From: Oikopleura dioica
Taxonomy: Eukaryota > Animalia > Chordata
Reading direction: 5' to 3'
Length of the DNA stretch: 64,000 nt
NCBI GenBank assembly: GCA_907165135.1
Contig: OU015568.1
Coordinates: forward strand, 3,534,001-3,598,000
Shown here: positions 25,154 to 39,401 of the stretch, piece after piece
How the letters are laid out: every line of letters begins with the position of its first letter
Position numbering within the stretch: position 1 is the stretch's first letter
The notes under the pieces: model-generated
Database searches by the model: none
Told to the model about the DNA's origin: nothing
What the model saw: only the letters and a program-made list of their open reading frames with translations
Translations under genes and position numbers: made by a program

Positions 25154-26704
25154 ATGAGTTACGGATCCGAGCACGTCAACGGGATCATCCCCAAGCCAAT
25201 CGAAAAGATATTCAAAGAAAAAATGCATATTAGCAAATTCAGGTACATAAATTAAGCCGAGTTATTTTTTCTCGAAGATACTCGTGAACTAATTTGATCC
25301 TAGTGCGGGTTCAGGCAACATCTTTAGCTAAGTCTCTCTTTGTGACCCATGGGCCATGTAGAATGACATCTGTTTGTCAGAAGTAAGATAAAACCTTGTC
25401 GCTAAAGGTTATTTTTTGACTTTTCCGGACAGAGGGGATTTTCAAGAGAAAAGGTCCTTATTTCAAGGATGTTCCCATTCAGTTGCTTTCCAAGTCATGG
25501 GAACAGACTTGAGTAATGGATGTAAGGGCTTGAAAACAGTCATTCTTTGGAAATCCTTATCGAGACATTTTCTTCACTTTGATGGGAGACGAAAAATAAA
25601 CTAAAGCATAAATTGTATTCTAGAAACTCAAGTAAAAATGATAACAAAGTCCGATAGATTCACATTCAAAGGGGGGATCTAAATGGATGCATCAAAAGCG
25701 ATATATTTATGCAATCAGAATGCTTTCCTGCGCGTGTTTTAGAACTAAAGTTCCATCGAAAAGCTCCAATACAAAAATAAAATTCAATTATTTACGCCCA
25801 AAATGAAACATGAAAGTAAAATTAACCTATTTTTATAGACCCCAGGCCGAGGGAGAGTACCGTGCTGGTGCGCAGCCATGCAAAACCATGGGTCCATCGA
25901 AAGTACCTCTCAACTCGCCGGAAAGCTTTCTGAAGAAGGGAGAAGGAAAGCCAAAGTGCTCAAATGGCGTCAACAAATCGTGCAAGAAAAGCGAAGCCCT
26001 CAAGCCGCCAGTTCCAGTTAACGCGCCCTTTGACAGCAAGCAAGTGCTACGACCTGAAAAAGATTTCATCACTAAAAATGCTCTTGATGTAAGTTCACTT
26101 TTGTCGCCTCAAAAGTAGGATGGCTCGCAAAAAATCAGCCAGCTTTTCCATAAGATCTTCAATTTTTTCCGCCTTATAAATAAATTCTTAGGTGATTAAT
26201 GCTCGGCCACGAATGCCCACTGAGAAGATTGTTGATGATGTCAATGGTCAAGCTGATGAAATCGAGTGTTCTGGTCTCGTCCCCAAGGAAAGTGTTAAAA
26301 GATCTTGATCAACAGTTTTGAAATCAGGATTTTGAAAGGATTTAATGATTCAATAACACCTTTAAAAGTACTCGAAAAAGAAGAACTTCGGTAAAGTGCC
26401 AAATTACATCTGCATCCGAAAAGAGCAGCGCGCCAAGGCCTTCCAAGAGTATCAGCAGTGGATCTACGAGCGAGAAGCGCTCCGACAGACTGTGCGACTG
26501 CTCACTGAAGCCGAGCGAATGGATCTCGTCGCCGGCCTCAAGAAAAACTGGGAAGAGTCAAACGTCCGCTACCAAGGCCTGTCCGTCATCACCGACACTG
26601 CGCCCAAGAAGAAGAGAAAGCAGAAAATCGAGGCCGAGATGAAGCAACTCGAGCGCGACATTGACATGATCGAAAGCCACAAGCACATTTACGTCGAACA
26701 CTAA
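25154..26704 (+). CDS. ENKUR: Enkurin
   Basis: MSYGSEHVNGIIPKP...SKF first exon; KTMGPSKVPLNSPESFLKK; DFITKNA; KKNFGKVPNYI; LKKNWEE...YQGLSVITDTAPKKKRKQKIEAEMKQLERDIDMIESHKHIYV. Confidence 0.92.
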
Positions 26705-28129
26705 AAAGAAGCGAAAGTATCGTATCAAACTGTGCTTCTGAATATTTAACTTTTGTATATACCAGTTTTGACAAGCAATAAAATATTTTTATATAAACTT
26801 CTCGAAAAAAAAGCCAAATAGTCTTTCAAATCATTTGGCTTTTTGATTGTCTTTCATTGCCTTTGTTTCAAGCAGCAAGTCCGTGTCAGTTTTTGACCTC
26901 ATGTTACATGAGTCATGTAAGCACTGAGTGACATTCTTTTACAAGTCTTTTGCTTGTCTTTTTTTTAAGAAGACATTTTTTAATCTAAATCATTGATCAC
27001 CTTTGCACGTGTTCCTATGGATGCCTGGTCAGAAGAATTCCACCCAGAAGTTTTGACATATTCTCATAAATTCAATGAAATTATACTTTTTAAGTATCGT
27101 CTATGCAGACATTCACCATCATGGAAATTCGGAATTTAGACTTCATAGACTCGGAAGCTTTGTTGATTCAGTCCATACAGAGAGAATACTTGAGGTAAAG
27201 TACTTATTCTAAGACATTTGCCATTCTCAAGGTCTTTAAGGAAGGCTTCTTTAGTAAGACTCTGAACTTTCAGAATGTCAAAATCGTTGACTTTAGGACC
27301 TTAAGGACCTACTCATTTTGTAAGTCTAAGGCTTAAAATCTTAGCCTAAAAGTACTAAGTTACCCTCTATACCTGAAGCTCTCTTCTTATAAACCTAAAC
27401 ACAAGGCTTATTTTAGAAATAAAATATGGTCCTTCAAAATGATTTCAAAGCATGATCAAAATAATTGTTGACAGCGAGAGACAGTTAAAATTATATTCAA
27501 AATCTTCCACTCATCAAAGCTAATTGATGAAGATGTTTTGACTTGTTTGTTATTTTTTCGCCTCTTCGAAAATTGCCCCCTTCTTTATAAATTATGATAC
27601 TAAATGATCATTGATTTATGAAAGTGTCTTGCCGATGCTTTATTTAATAAATAATAACAATCAGCCTTGCCTTTTATAATAGGAAAATTAAAAAACAACA
27701 TCAGAAAAAACTCGAAATGCTCTTTTTCATCTTCCTTTCACTGCTACTTTTCGATTTTTCAAGCGGCTTCAAGATGCATGAAGGAGCTTTTCGATCAAAG
27801 AATCTCGGAGCATTCACCAACGGGGACCATACGGAGAGAAAGTTGCTGGTTCAATATATTATCATTATATAATATTGTCTGGGAAACGTTTGTTTTAGGA
27901 CAAGTGGTTCCGATTTAAGAAAAAACTCATGAATGAGAAGCATAAATACGACGATGATTGGCAATCATTCCAAGCTGTCAAGTACAAATAAATTGATTCC
28001 TCTTTCAGTTATCCTGCAATAAAATTCATACAGAAATTTTCATCTGGTTATTCGACCAAATAAAAACTGGCTTCAGCTTTCAACTTTTGAAAATAATTTA
28101 TTTCAGTTTCAATTTCAGTTTTCATTCTG

Positions 28130-31100
28130 TTAACTTTCCATTTTCTCAACAATATCGAGCACTTCCGTTCTTCCAGTTACATCTTTCTTGGCAAATTTAA
28201 AGTCGAGCTTGACGTTCATTCCGGCGAGCTCGGCGGCGAGGTATTTTACCACATAGGGAGGTCGGTGAGGAGCGTTTTCGCTTCTGGTCCGCACATTCGG
28301 CACTCCCACTTTCCGTTCGACATCAGCTTCCACTAAAAATAGGGGTGTAAATGTGACCTGTATAACAACCTAAGTCAGGGTCCTGAAAACTTTCAAGAAA
28401 CCGGGACTTAAAATCAAGAGCTTACATTTTTGTCCTTCGTCTTGTCCGGCTTCACCTTGCTGACGGACAGCACTGAGCCACACTGACTGCAGATTCTCGT
28501 TTTGTAGAAATCCGAGCAGTGGAATAATCTGTCTCTGGCGATGAATGCGCAACCATGAGAAATCAAGCCGTCTCGTTCCATCTCGCCCATTCGCACTCCT
28601 CCTCCTCGCGCTCGACCTTTGACAGGCTGCTGTGTATAAGGATCAATCGGGCCCTTGTCTGCTCGCGCTTGGAACTTGTCGTAGACCATGTGACGCAGCC
28701 GCTGGTAGTAAACAGGGCCGTAGAAAATGTCAGCTATGGATAAGGTTAGTTTTGATCCCCATTGATAAAGTATTAATATAGTATATATGGAACTTATGGA
28801 AGACTACGATAATCATAATCAATCAGCAATAATTTGATACCTCTTCGCCGATTTTGATCAAGTTATTATTTTAATGTTATAGTGGTACTATAAAAAGCAG
28901 GCTCTGGTAGCTTAACTAACTTCAAAGAATAAACTGCACTGTGGAAGTTAACAATGTTCAATTGCAAGTGCAATATACAAATAAAGCTTCATTTGAACTT
29001 AGTGAATTTAGAATACCTTCAAGTTCTTCGCCAGAAATACCAGAATACATCCTTTCGTAACCATGGTAATTCAAACCAGCTTCTTTCAGCACCTCCCCAA
29101 AGTGAACATCAGCAGGGTATTCTTCGTTGAAAACGAATGGGGTTGAATCATACACGCGGCCGTTTACCATTGCCGCCTAAAAAGGGGGTTAAGATTGAGA
29201 TTTCTTGGAGGAAAATGTCTGAGAGGAAGTACCTTGCCAGCGATGAATTCGATCATCATTCCTACTGTCATTCTCGAGGGAAAACCGTGGGGATTGAAGA
29301 TGAGATCTGGGACCATTCCATTTTCCGTCCAGGGCATGTCTGTAGTAGCCCAAAGTCTACTACAGATACCTTTTTGACCGTGCCGCGAAGCCATCTACAA
29401 ATTCACCCGATAAGCTAGCCAAGATCAAAGCTTGAATGTACCTTGTCACCAATATTGATCGGACGCGCAATTCTAAACTGAATTGCCGCTTGTTGAAATC
29501 CGCCTTCTTGCGGCCTCTTATTCGTGAAAACTCGAACGGACTCGACAATTGCATCTTCAGCGTGGGCATCATACTTTCCGACCTTGTATGTTTGCTCGTG
29601 ATCGTCGTAGTAGCAGTAATATGCGTCCTAGAAGCGAATAAAAGACCCTGGATTCGAAGCAAAGCTCACTTGATAGGTAAAAATTGTGCCTGGAAAGGGA
29701 AGCCCATCAAGATCGAGTTTTTCTCCTGCGAATTTTCTGTATTTCTTCAGCTCGTTCGGGTCGAATCGATCTCGACATCCTAGTCTCAAGCCTCCTCGGT
29801 ATCCCTAAAAAGTCTACTGGGTAGAAATTATTGACAAATATTTACATGAGATTGTGCTATTTCCTGCAGGTCGACCATTTTCGTCTTGTAGATCGTCCCG
29901 TACATAATTCCTCGTTCTCTTGACATTTTATTCACGCATGTGGCATCTTCCAAATCATATCCAGTATACGAAATTACAGCAATCATCACATTTGTTCCTA
30001 AAATAAATAAATTTCTAGACGATACCATCTGCAGAATTATTATAATTTAAAAATAACATTCATCAAAAAAGGACTATGCTTTCTCCAATTGAGGTAATTT
30101 TGTCGTAAAAAGGTATATTTATTTTCTATTCTTAGGATTTATTCCTTATGAAAGCGCGTTTAAATTTCAATTAAATCCTCAATAAAAGATATAATTGTAT
30201 CAAAAGCCGGCTTAACCGATCACAAGTCACTTTAATTCTTTGAGTAAGATCTGCTCTTTCAGTTTGATGTAACTGAATCTTCAAACGAAGACTGTGCGAA
30301 AGTTTTGGGAATTTATGAGCAAAAAAGTTGCTCCTGGAAATATCTCACAAAGAGGGACTGGATGCTCATCTTGAAAATCACCCTCGCGATCTTTTTCTTA
30401 TTTATAATTGTACAGTTTCTAGCTGCAGAAATAACTGTACGATACTATTTGTAATAAACACTTCATTACCTAGAGGATAATCGTCCATTCCCCACGAATC
30501 ATGCAAGTGGCTTCTGACAGCAGGCTCCTGGGGCGCTAGAATTCTGTACATTTTGTTGTCGCTTCTGTGGTTCAGCGTGTAACTCGGCCAGCCGAATGTT
30601 TGCTTCGCCATCTGGCACTGGAGAATGACTCGAGCGCCGGCATTCATGTTTGAAAAGGGAGACATGCAGGCCAGTTCGGAGAAGAGGGCTGCGGGGTAGA
30701 GTTCTTGGTATTCTTTTGTCCGGTTGAATTGGTAAACTTGAGCAAAAAAGGGGGAGGAAGGCCGGGAAACAACTTTTAACAACTGTTGTCAAAGTCTAAG
30801 TGTTCAACCGTTCCTGTCAGTTCATGACTTTCTTCCTGATTGACCGTCACATGTATCCAAACCTGTTCCATAATACCAATCATTTCAATCTTATCCTCAC
30901 GCAGATTCAACAAGGGTCTGTACATTCTCGCGGGCTCCGTGAGCAAGTTGATTCCAGGGAACATGACTGCCTCGCCCTTACTCTCAGGCGCAGGGCAGTG
31001 GACGATCTCAAGAGTGTCAGGTACTCGATCGCTGCTGGAGGTTTTTAATCGGCGCAGATACTTTTCTACTGCTTGGGCGCGCCAACCGCTTGCGATCCAG

Positions 31101-33637
31101 CCGACTTGTCTGCCGTCGATGACAACAGGAATGTCAAGCTCACCAGCCTAGATATATTGTATAGATTATATTGTCAGGAAACTCTACCTTTATGGAAAGT
31201 GGCTTGACTCCGATTTCTAGCAGCAATTCCTCCAGCTTCTTCGTGTTCTCTCTTTTCACATTGATCCTTACCGTATGAGCCAAATGATTGAGCAAACCAC
31301 AAGGCGGCCCATCAGGCGTATGCACCGGACAAATAAATCCCCAGGCTGCTGTTGACAATTTTCGGGGCGAAGTAGCCCTCATTTCCATGAAAAACGCACC
31401 TCTGTGAATGCATCGAAAGTGGCTGTAGAATCGAGCAAAGTTAATCTTCTCCGCTCCTACGACGATACCCGCCAGTTGCTGCATTCCTAGACCGTCATTC
31501 GTCCTTAAATTGCCCGTTGCGATCAGATATTTGTAGTGTTGATTCATGCTGCCCATCTTGTTGATGGCAAAGCTAAGCATGGAGGAGCCAACAGTGTCGT
31601 TTCCTTTTTCCAGTTGCTTGGCATATTCCTTCGCCATGATCATTGATATCGACTTTTGGTAGCTCTCGAAGAACTCGATCGTCATCGACTGGAAAAGATG
31701 CCCCGGAAGAAGGACATCGTGGGACTCGGGCGAGTCGATATCATCTGTGGCGCAGGTATTGTTGGCGATTCTGAAGGTTTTGCGAGCCATTAGCGCAAAC
31801 GCTCGAATTTTATCGTGATCATCATCCAGGTGGATTAAGCAATATCGCTTGAGGAACGCTTTTCCTGCTTCGAAATCCGACTTCCAAGGCGGGCAAAGGT
31901 CGAAGATTCGGAAACTCTGGCCGAGATACTTGATCGCTTCGTTTCGTTCTAGTAAGTTATCGGTATTTACGAGGCGCTTGAGCATTCTTTTGACAGCAGA
32001 ATCGTAATTAGGCTCGTCCGACATCGTTTGCATAAATTCGCGGTAGATTTCGAAATCCGTCCAGTTAGTGAGCGCCCGGACGATAGTCATAAGAGGGACG
32101 TGGAAGAGCTGCTTTTGGATGTAGAAAACGACTTCCATTTCGTTTGTCTTTGTTATGTGCAGGTTCATGTTCGAAGTCCTCTCCCACTTGTCCATACAAC
32201 GGATCATAATACCCGCATCGCTGTACCCATTTCTTCGTCGCTTCCAGCCGTTTCTTCTCAACCCAAGGGGAAAGTTGCGTCTGTTCATGTTTAACAAACG
32301 GATGACTTTTTCATTGCCACTGGCGATGAAGTAGCCGCCGATTTCGAAGTGATCTTCTTTTCGCTCGACGAGTTCGGTCGGCGAGAGCCCCCGCAGGTGA
32401 CATTTTGAGCTCATCACCATCAGGGGCATTTGTAACAGGTCTTTCTTCGTGACGACTTGGGTTTCGCCAGTCTTGAGGTTTACCAGGTTGACTAAAAGAA
32501 AGATAAGACACTGGGAATGGAGACGAACGTGAATTGCTTTCGGAAACGTGCGTAGAACCCTGAGTCAGGGTCCTGAAAGAGCATGAATGCCACTCCAAGC
32601 CATCATTTTTAAGGCCTTCCAAGTTCTCTTATAGAACCTTGAGTCAAGGTCCTTGACTAATGTTTCTACACAGGCTTTCGACCCAAGAACTTACATGTAA
32701 CATGAACAGGAGCAGTATAATCCGTCTTCTTTTGCCGACATTCCGCCGGGAATAGTCGTCTATCTTTGCATACGATTGAAGAGTCCAACACTGGTTGCTC
32801 AACTTCGATATGTTCGACTTCGAGTCTGTTTGAGAGTCAAATAAGGCCTGCTCATGGCCGTACAAAGATTAAGAAAGTTTTCAATTTTTATGAAAGCTTG
32901 ACTTTCAAGAAGGCATTCTTGAACGAAACTCTTGACGAAAATAAGCGTCGGCAGAAAAACATCGACCGAAATTCAAAAAGAAACAATTATGATTCTTTCA
33001 TTTCTTTCTCGAACGAAACCAGGGACGAATATGCCCCGTAAAAAATTAATCTCTTTGGGAATAGCTAGTAGTAATCAAAAAAGAATCACTAGAGATAATG
33101 AAACAAATACAAACTTCTAAATATACGTTCTTTGCAATAAAAAACATCTTATGATTCCCTCCCCTGAACGAGTTAAGTGAGAGTGAAGTGACTCGGGGAT
33201 CTACAAAAGTTTCTGGGCAAGGGTTTTGATGGCTATAAAGGACCTTAGTCCCTTCAAATATAAAGATAGATTGTAACTGAAATATTTAATCGTTGCCGAG
33301 TTTTTCTCGAGGAAAAAAATCAATATAAATATACTCATGTTTTATAAAAACATAAATTTGCTTTCAGAAATGCCAGTTTATGATTTCTGACTCTTTTCCT
33401 AAATCGCATATTTTCATTATTCGCCTCCATTTCGAACTCATAAGGCTCCACCGCGTTGGGAATATTTGGCAATCCTTCGTCCAAAAACCAATCGAACGAC
33501 TGTACATGCGTGTCCGAAATAAACTTGAGCTGCTTGCATTTATCTTCCGGTAGCTTGCCGTATCCGATTCGCGATGTCTGTCGCACAGACGGCGACGAGA
33601 CATCGGGGAGAAATGTCTCCAGATTTTTCGGAGCCAT
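28130..33637 (-). CDS. POLR1B: DNA-directed RNA polymerase I second-largest subunit (RPA2)
   Basis: HVQSFDWF; [16 protein letters not shown]; [21 protein letters not shown]; [10 protein letters not shown]; [12 protein letters not shown]; [21 protein letters not shown]; [22 protein letters not shown]; C-terminal CSQC zinc ribbon. Confidence 0.96.
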
Positions 33638-34417
33638 TTCTACAAAGAAAAAGGGATGAAGAGATCGAGCTCCGTTTTTATTGTTTTATTTCGAATGATA
33701 GAATGGAAAAAGGGAAAAACTCAAGGTAAACGAATTTTGAACAGATTTGGAAAGAAGAATATAATTTTAATTAATATTTAATAATTTAAATATTAATAAA
33801 GGGAAATTCTTAGTTATAAAAGAAGAGAGAAGGGCTCATATCAGGAGCTCTAGAATCGGGAGAAACTAACAGACAAAAGACACAGAGGGAGATTTATTTT
33901 CTTATTGGAAACAATTGTTTCATTTGATAAGGAAAGATTTATCCTAATGATTCAAATTCTAAATAAATTATAGTACTTATGGTCGGTTTTTTCTTTTCAC
34001 TTTGTTGCAAGATAATAGAAGATAGAATAAGATTAAATTGTGGGTTGCGAGTTTGTAATTCGACGATGGCGATTTCTCTAGAAAGAATAAGGGCCTGTCT
34101 ATTTGAGAAAAATCGATTGATTCTATTTAACCCTATAGAAATTTTAAGTAACAATTAAGTGGATAAAATGGTGTCAAATCAAGAAAATTAACAAGAGTGG
34201 TTAGAAAAAGGATCTTTGAGCCAATAAGATTTCTTGAGACCGCTTATGGATGTAAGGAAGATATTTGATTGGTCCAAAGAAGGTTTTCTGTTTCACAAAT
34301 AAAAAGAAAGCAAATACAATGTTTGAAAAAGCAGCGAAAGAAACTGGACAAGAAAGAATTTTCGGATGAAATGAGGAACTATTGTAAATACTACTGGTGA
34401 AACTGTAGTTGTATTGT

Positions 34418-37400
34418 TTACTGTGGTCTTTTGATGGGAATGCCTCCGTGGCAAACAAGCTCGGTGTTATCGTCCGTAACAGGAACGTCGAATCCTTTGT
34501 AGAAAGGATGGTGCGGGTCGTGCGCAGCTCGGTGGGCAGGTTCTTTGTGGAGAAGACCTTCGATAAGATCGACTGCTGCATCGTCGTCGATGATGTCCAG
34601 TTTAGGAGATTGAGTCAAAATCGCGACGTAGACTTGGAGCTCATCGCCACCGGTAAAGGGCATTTCTCCGGCTAAAAAGACATGTTCATATTTGGGAAGA
34701 GAAGGGGCGCTGTTAAAAGACCCCCGATAAAGATTTTATCGACCCTAGCTTCAAACTGACGGGTTTTTAAGAAAATATAGCGTCTTTCTTAAGATCGCCA
34801 GAATACTCTATAGAATTGTCAAAAGACGAGAATTATGATTTGTAACGAAAACGGCATAAGAAAAAAGCGAATCTCGGCACTAAAGAAGGTTGACGATAGA
34901 TCTTTTTGAGCGCTAGAAAAGTCGACAAGGTTATTCCAAATTGCCTTGAAAGGTCCTATCATATGATAAGGGATAAGCCAAGGTAATAAGAAGGATCTTA
35001 TCACTCGGTAAAACTACGTTGTAGACACCTTTTTTACTTGGCAAGTGGTTAAAAACTGTTTTTAGTCTCAAAAACTCTAGAAAATCCACGCCCTTTTCCA
35101 AGTCTGAAGAAAAAATATGTCAAAAACTTACTTATCATTTGGTAGACCAACACGCCAAAGCTCCACCAATCCCTGGGGAATGAATAGCCTAAAATGGGTG
35201 GTATGCGGTTATCTGTGTACCATACCCGTGAATCTCCTATTTTAGTTTCATGGGTACCGGTACCAGTGAATTCTAAATTTCAGTTTCGTGGGTATCAGGT
35301 ACTTGCGAACGCTCTCTTTAAGTTTCGTGTGTACCAGGTCCCCGCGAATGCTATTTTCAAAGCTCGTGGGTACCGAAGTCTTACGAACGCTTTTCAACTT
35401 TCATGAGACTCAGAAGATAGAAGACAATGGAAAAGCGCTCATCTTAAAATTAATGATAAGCTCCAACTTATGATTGCCTTAATTTATGGTTAGTGTTAGG
35501 GGGCACTGGGCAAAATGACAGAACAAACTTACCCGAGGGGGATAGGCTAGGGTTAGTTAGGGTTACTGAAGGTAACCCTAAGTAACCCTAGACTAGACCC
35601 CGGCATCTTAGGCCCGAAGGGGCGGAGCCCCGAGGTAAGGGGCTTAGATTAAGATAGAAAGGTCGACCTTAATAGGTTGATATTGACTGAGTCAAAACAA
35701 GGTCTAGAAAAATTTCTACCAACCGCAGCTGCTTGGTACCCAGGAAACTTAATAACAATGTTCGCGGGTCATGGGTACCCATGAAAGTCAAAACTAATGT
35801 TCGTGGGGACCTGGTACACGCGAACGTTGAGAAAAGCCTTCACGGGTACCTGGTACACATGAAACCAAAGTTGAGCATTCACGGGTCCGTGGTACCCACG
35901 AAACAAAAAAGAGCATTCACGGGTACAGGTACACAGATAACCGCGTACAACCCCTAAAATGAGCATAAGAGAGGGGATCAGTCGTTTTGAGCTACCTTGG
36001 GAAGTAATCATCTCAGGCGAAAGACTTTCAGGTGTGCCAGTGAGAAGCATTTCGGGCTCATCATCGATAAGTAACCGTGAGTTGCCGAAGTCGGTCAGTT
36101 TTGGCATGTTGTCCACGCCGATGATGACGTTTTCGGCTTTGATGTCGTTGTGCAGAATACTGCGCGTGTGCAGGTATTCAAGGCCAGCCGCGATGTTCTA
36201 AGAAGAAACAGATTGCCTCAAGAAGGAGATTGATTGATCTTACCCTGGCGTAAAAGCGGGCCTGAGGAATATTGAAGGCGCCCATATTCTCAATATACAT
36301 CGCCAACTCACCCTTGGAGCAAAGTTCGAGGATGATTGAATTCGAACCTTAGAATAACAGTCAGGATACAGTTAAATTGAATAGAAAGGTACCTTCAAGG
36401 GCCGCAACCAAAGATACGATATTCTGGTGGTTGAGCTGGGCGAGAATTTTGCGTTCGTTGTCGAGTTCATCTTCAGCATTTGAAACGCTAGCTAAATTAT
36501 AAAATTAGGGTCTCGCGACTCAAGTTGGTGTCCTTACATTTAGCTGTTTTCTTGACGTATTTGTTCCCATTATAGGTTACGAGGAAGACGTCGCTGAAAA
36601 AGCCGCTTCCGAGTCGTTTAACGATATCAAAATCATTATCCTAAAAGTCATCATTAGCTTGGGAGACCCAAAAAAATAGGACAAACCTCGAAATCGGAAA
36701 CGACGGAAGAAAAAGATCCATAAGAATTTGCTGATCGTACAAGAACCATTTCTTGGCAGAGAGTCTAAATTTTCGTTAAATAAAAAGATCGACGATATTG
36801 TTTGAAAACCGGTTTTCCTGCATTCTCTATTTTCGGGCATCGTTCCTGTCTCATTTTCGAAGAATTTCAAGTTTTTTGGCAAGCGCAAAAAATAAGCGCC
36901 CGGGCGGACAATTTATGGATAAAGTCGGCTTTGTTTGGGCTTTCGAGTTTTTTCGGGTTCTGTTTTTTTCTTCAATGAAAAATTTTTGACAAGCTTGTTT
37001 TCCGAAAAATAAGCGGCGTGTTCCGGTCATCTGGCAATAAAACACGCCGCCCGGGGGTGCTCCTCAGCCCCTTTTTTCATGGAACGATGCCTGGAAAAGA
37101 AAAGATGCGAGAATAAAGGAGACTTTGACCGAAGATGAAAGTGGGTTTTATCTGATGGATTGTGCTACTGATCGTATATCTGATCATATCAGATCTTTCC
37201 TTGAAACGTTCAAGGAAACGTGTGCGTTTTTTGTTAGCCTGATTGAAAAGTTTGATAAGGGGGATTAGTTTGTTTGATGGTGTAATATTTTGCACCTGCA
37301 CTTGGCGGACCAAGAGTTCCATGGCCCAGCTAAAGGGCTGAATGGGCTGCTCCCGAACAGTAACGGAGGACGTGGAGGACCCACGTCGAGACCGACGCTG

Positions 37401-37433
37401 TTGGGTGGCCCAATTACTATTCAGCATCGACAT
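34418..37433 (-). CDS. AGC-group (PKA/PRKX-like) Ser/Thr kinase with HND catalytic loop; N-terminal exons uncertain
   Basis: DFDIVKRLGSGFFSDVFLV...YVKK; ERKILAQLNHQNIVSL; ARFYARNIAAGLEYLH; LHNDIKAEN; DFG; GTPESLSPE; GYSFPRDWWSFG; MPFTG. Kinase core spans 34418-36640. Confidence 0.85.
35196..35953. mobile_element. Foldback-like non-autonomous element (~758 bp) in a kinase intron
   Basis: TIR GGGT(G/T)GTA(T/C)GCGGTTATCTGTGTACC; arms made of degenerate ~36-bp GGTACC-containing repeats in inverted orientation; TSD (C)CTAAAAT, 7-8 bp. Confidence 0.85.
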
Positions 37434-39401
37434 GTTTCTAGTGGATGTTCTAGACGTTGTTTTAGAGGAGGCTATCCTAGAGGTTGCTAGCTATATCTAA
37501 AGCTTTATCTCAATATAAAACCATCTCAGAGAGCCAAAAGAAGGCTAAATTCTGAGGATGGTTGTATATTGAGATAAATCTGTAGAACTGAATTGGAGTG
37601 GATTTGAAAATGAACTTACCTAGTACCGCCTAGGCTTGGAAGAGAACTTCTTGTGAATCAAAGAGATTTCAGTGAACTGGGAGACAACGAACGCGGCGAT
37701 GAGATTAACGATAATAGAGCTAGAAAGAAGAATTTAATAAAGTCTGAAAATTTTTAGCAGTCAGTGATTTGATTGAGATTTGAGATGGTGATTCTTTTTG
37801 AAACTTACCCAATGGCACAATCTGGTTGTATATTTTCTACGGACAGAGTAGCCCTTCATTCTTTAAGGTAACGGATTTTGTGAAGTAAGAGCTTGTTTGA
37901 TCTTACTTTATGAAATCGGTTATTGACGAGAATAAGGGTCTTCTGAATCCGCAAAAAATGATGCAACCAGGCTGAGCTGTGCTATTTTTCCTTTTATCAT
38001 GCGAGGGGCGAAAAATTGATAATAAAATACGACAGTTGCATGTATTAACTACAGTATGTATAACTTTTAACCATCTGCAAACCTGTATTTCTGATATACT
38101 TGGCCATCTATCAGTTAGAAGGAATATCGACTGTTGCTTTGAATGTTGATTCAATAGCTGGTTGAAACTAAAAAAATATTTTTCTCTAAAGAGAACTTTC
38201 TCTAACTAAATGCCTTATTCTCTGAAAACTTGGTTTTATAATTAAAAACCAATCTTAGTGTATTTTAGTGAGCTAAATTTGGGCGGAGGGCCTCTGATTC
38301 GTCTGAGATAGTAAAAATTGGGTCAGCACTTTTCCTCGTAAAATAATCTCGTATGAGCTTGGTTCCGTGATCATGGATTTGGGGAGTTTCCACGAAAATG
38401 AAGACGGTAATTAAAAAAGGAAAAGGAAGCTTTCAAACTTCAATCGACCAAAATGGTTTTCTGCCAAAACAATTACCATTGATCATTATTTTTCAAGTGC
38501 CTCAAAATCTGCTTAGGCAGGAGAAAAAGTGAGTGTTCAAAAGTAGACCCAAGCGAGCAAATACGGGTCATGTGTCTCAAGACAATCCTCCGATCAGTCG
38601 CAAATCCTGATAGCTTGTCTTTTCGCAAATATTATCAATTTGAATGTTACAGGGTCGATTTCGAATGACGAAATACGGGTTCTTATTGCCAAGTTATTCT
38701 GGGTCAAATGCGGTCTGTAAATCGACAATATTTGAGGAGACCCTTATTAGCTTTTCTCAGAAGGCAAATAAGAGAGTCTTTTCGGATAATGAGTTTGAAT
38801 AAGACGCAGAATATAAAACATCGGAGCTCGATTTGCCGTATTCGATAAATTTTACTGGACAGGTGCTCATAAAAATAAATTCAATAGCGTCAGAACTGGG
38901 TTCAACCGGGGCAAAAATGTCTTATTTGAAAGAAATATGACCTACTTATCACGAAATGATCCCGTGAAGCAGGTAAAATTATGAGCCGAAAAATTACGAC
39001 TTGAAAACATCGTTCAACGACGAATTTCAAGTCGCTTTTTCAAAATAATTACGAAAAGCTGACAAATTTAGACCAGCCCAAGAAAAATGGAGGAAAAAGC
39101 ATCCTCTGGACTTATCTTAAATCAAGCATTCTGGATAGAAAAAACCGCCCGACGGTAAATTCATAAGAAATGTGAGTGGACCCGAAGGGCCGGCTTTTCT
39201 GCAAGAGAGCTGTTATTCTTCCTTTGTTTAGAAAATAATTTCAAACAGAATGCTTCTGACGTCAAACGCGAAAAACATTGATCGCCGGTGCTACGATTGA
39301 CCCTCAAGAAAGGAGCTGTGCTAAGCAAGAAATTGCTCGATCATAACCGTCCTCACGGGGGCGTCCTCGTGAGCTACTCTTTCGTTGACAATAAGACGTA
39401 A

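Noticed and set aside
35194-35957. ORFs 35194-35406, 35288-35473 and 35733-35957
   Set aside because: They are translations of the foldback element's tandem-repeat arms, with no transposase motifs.
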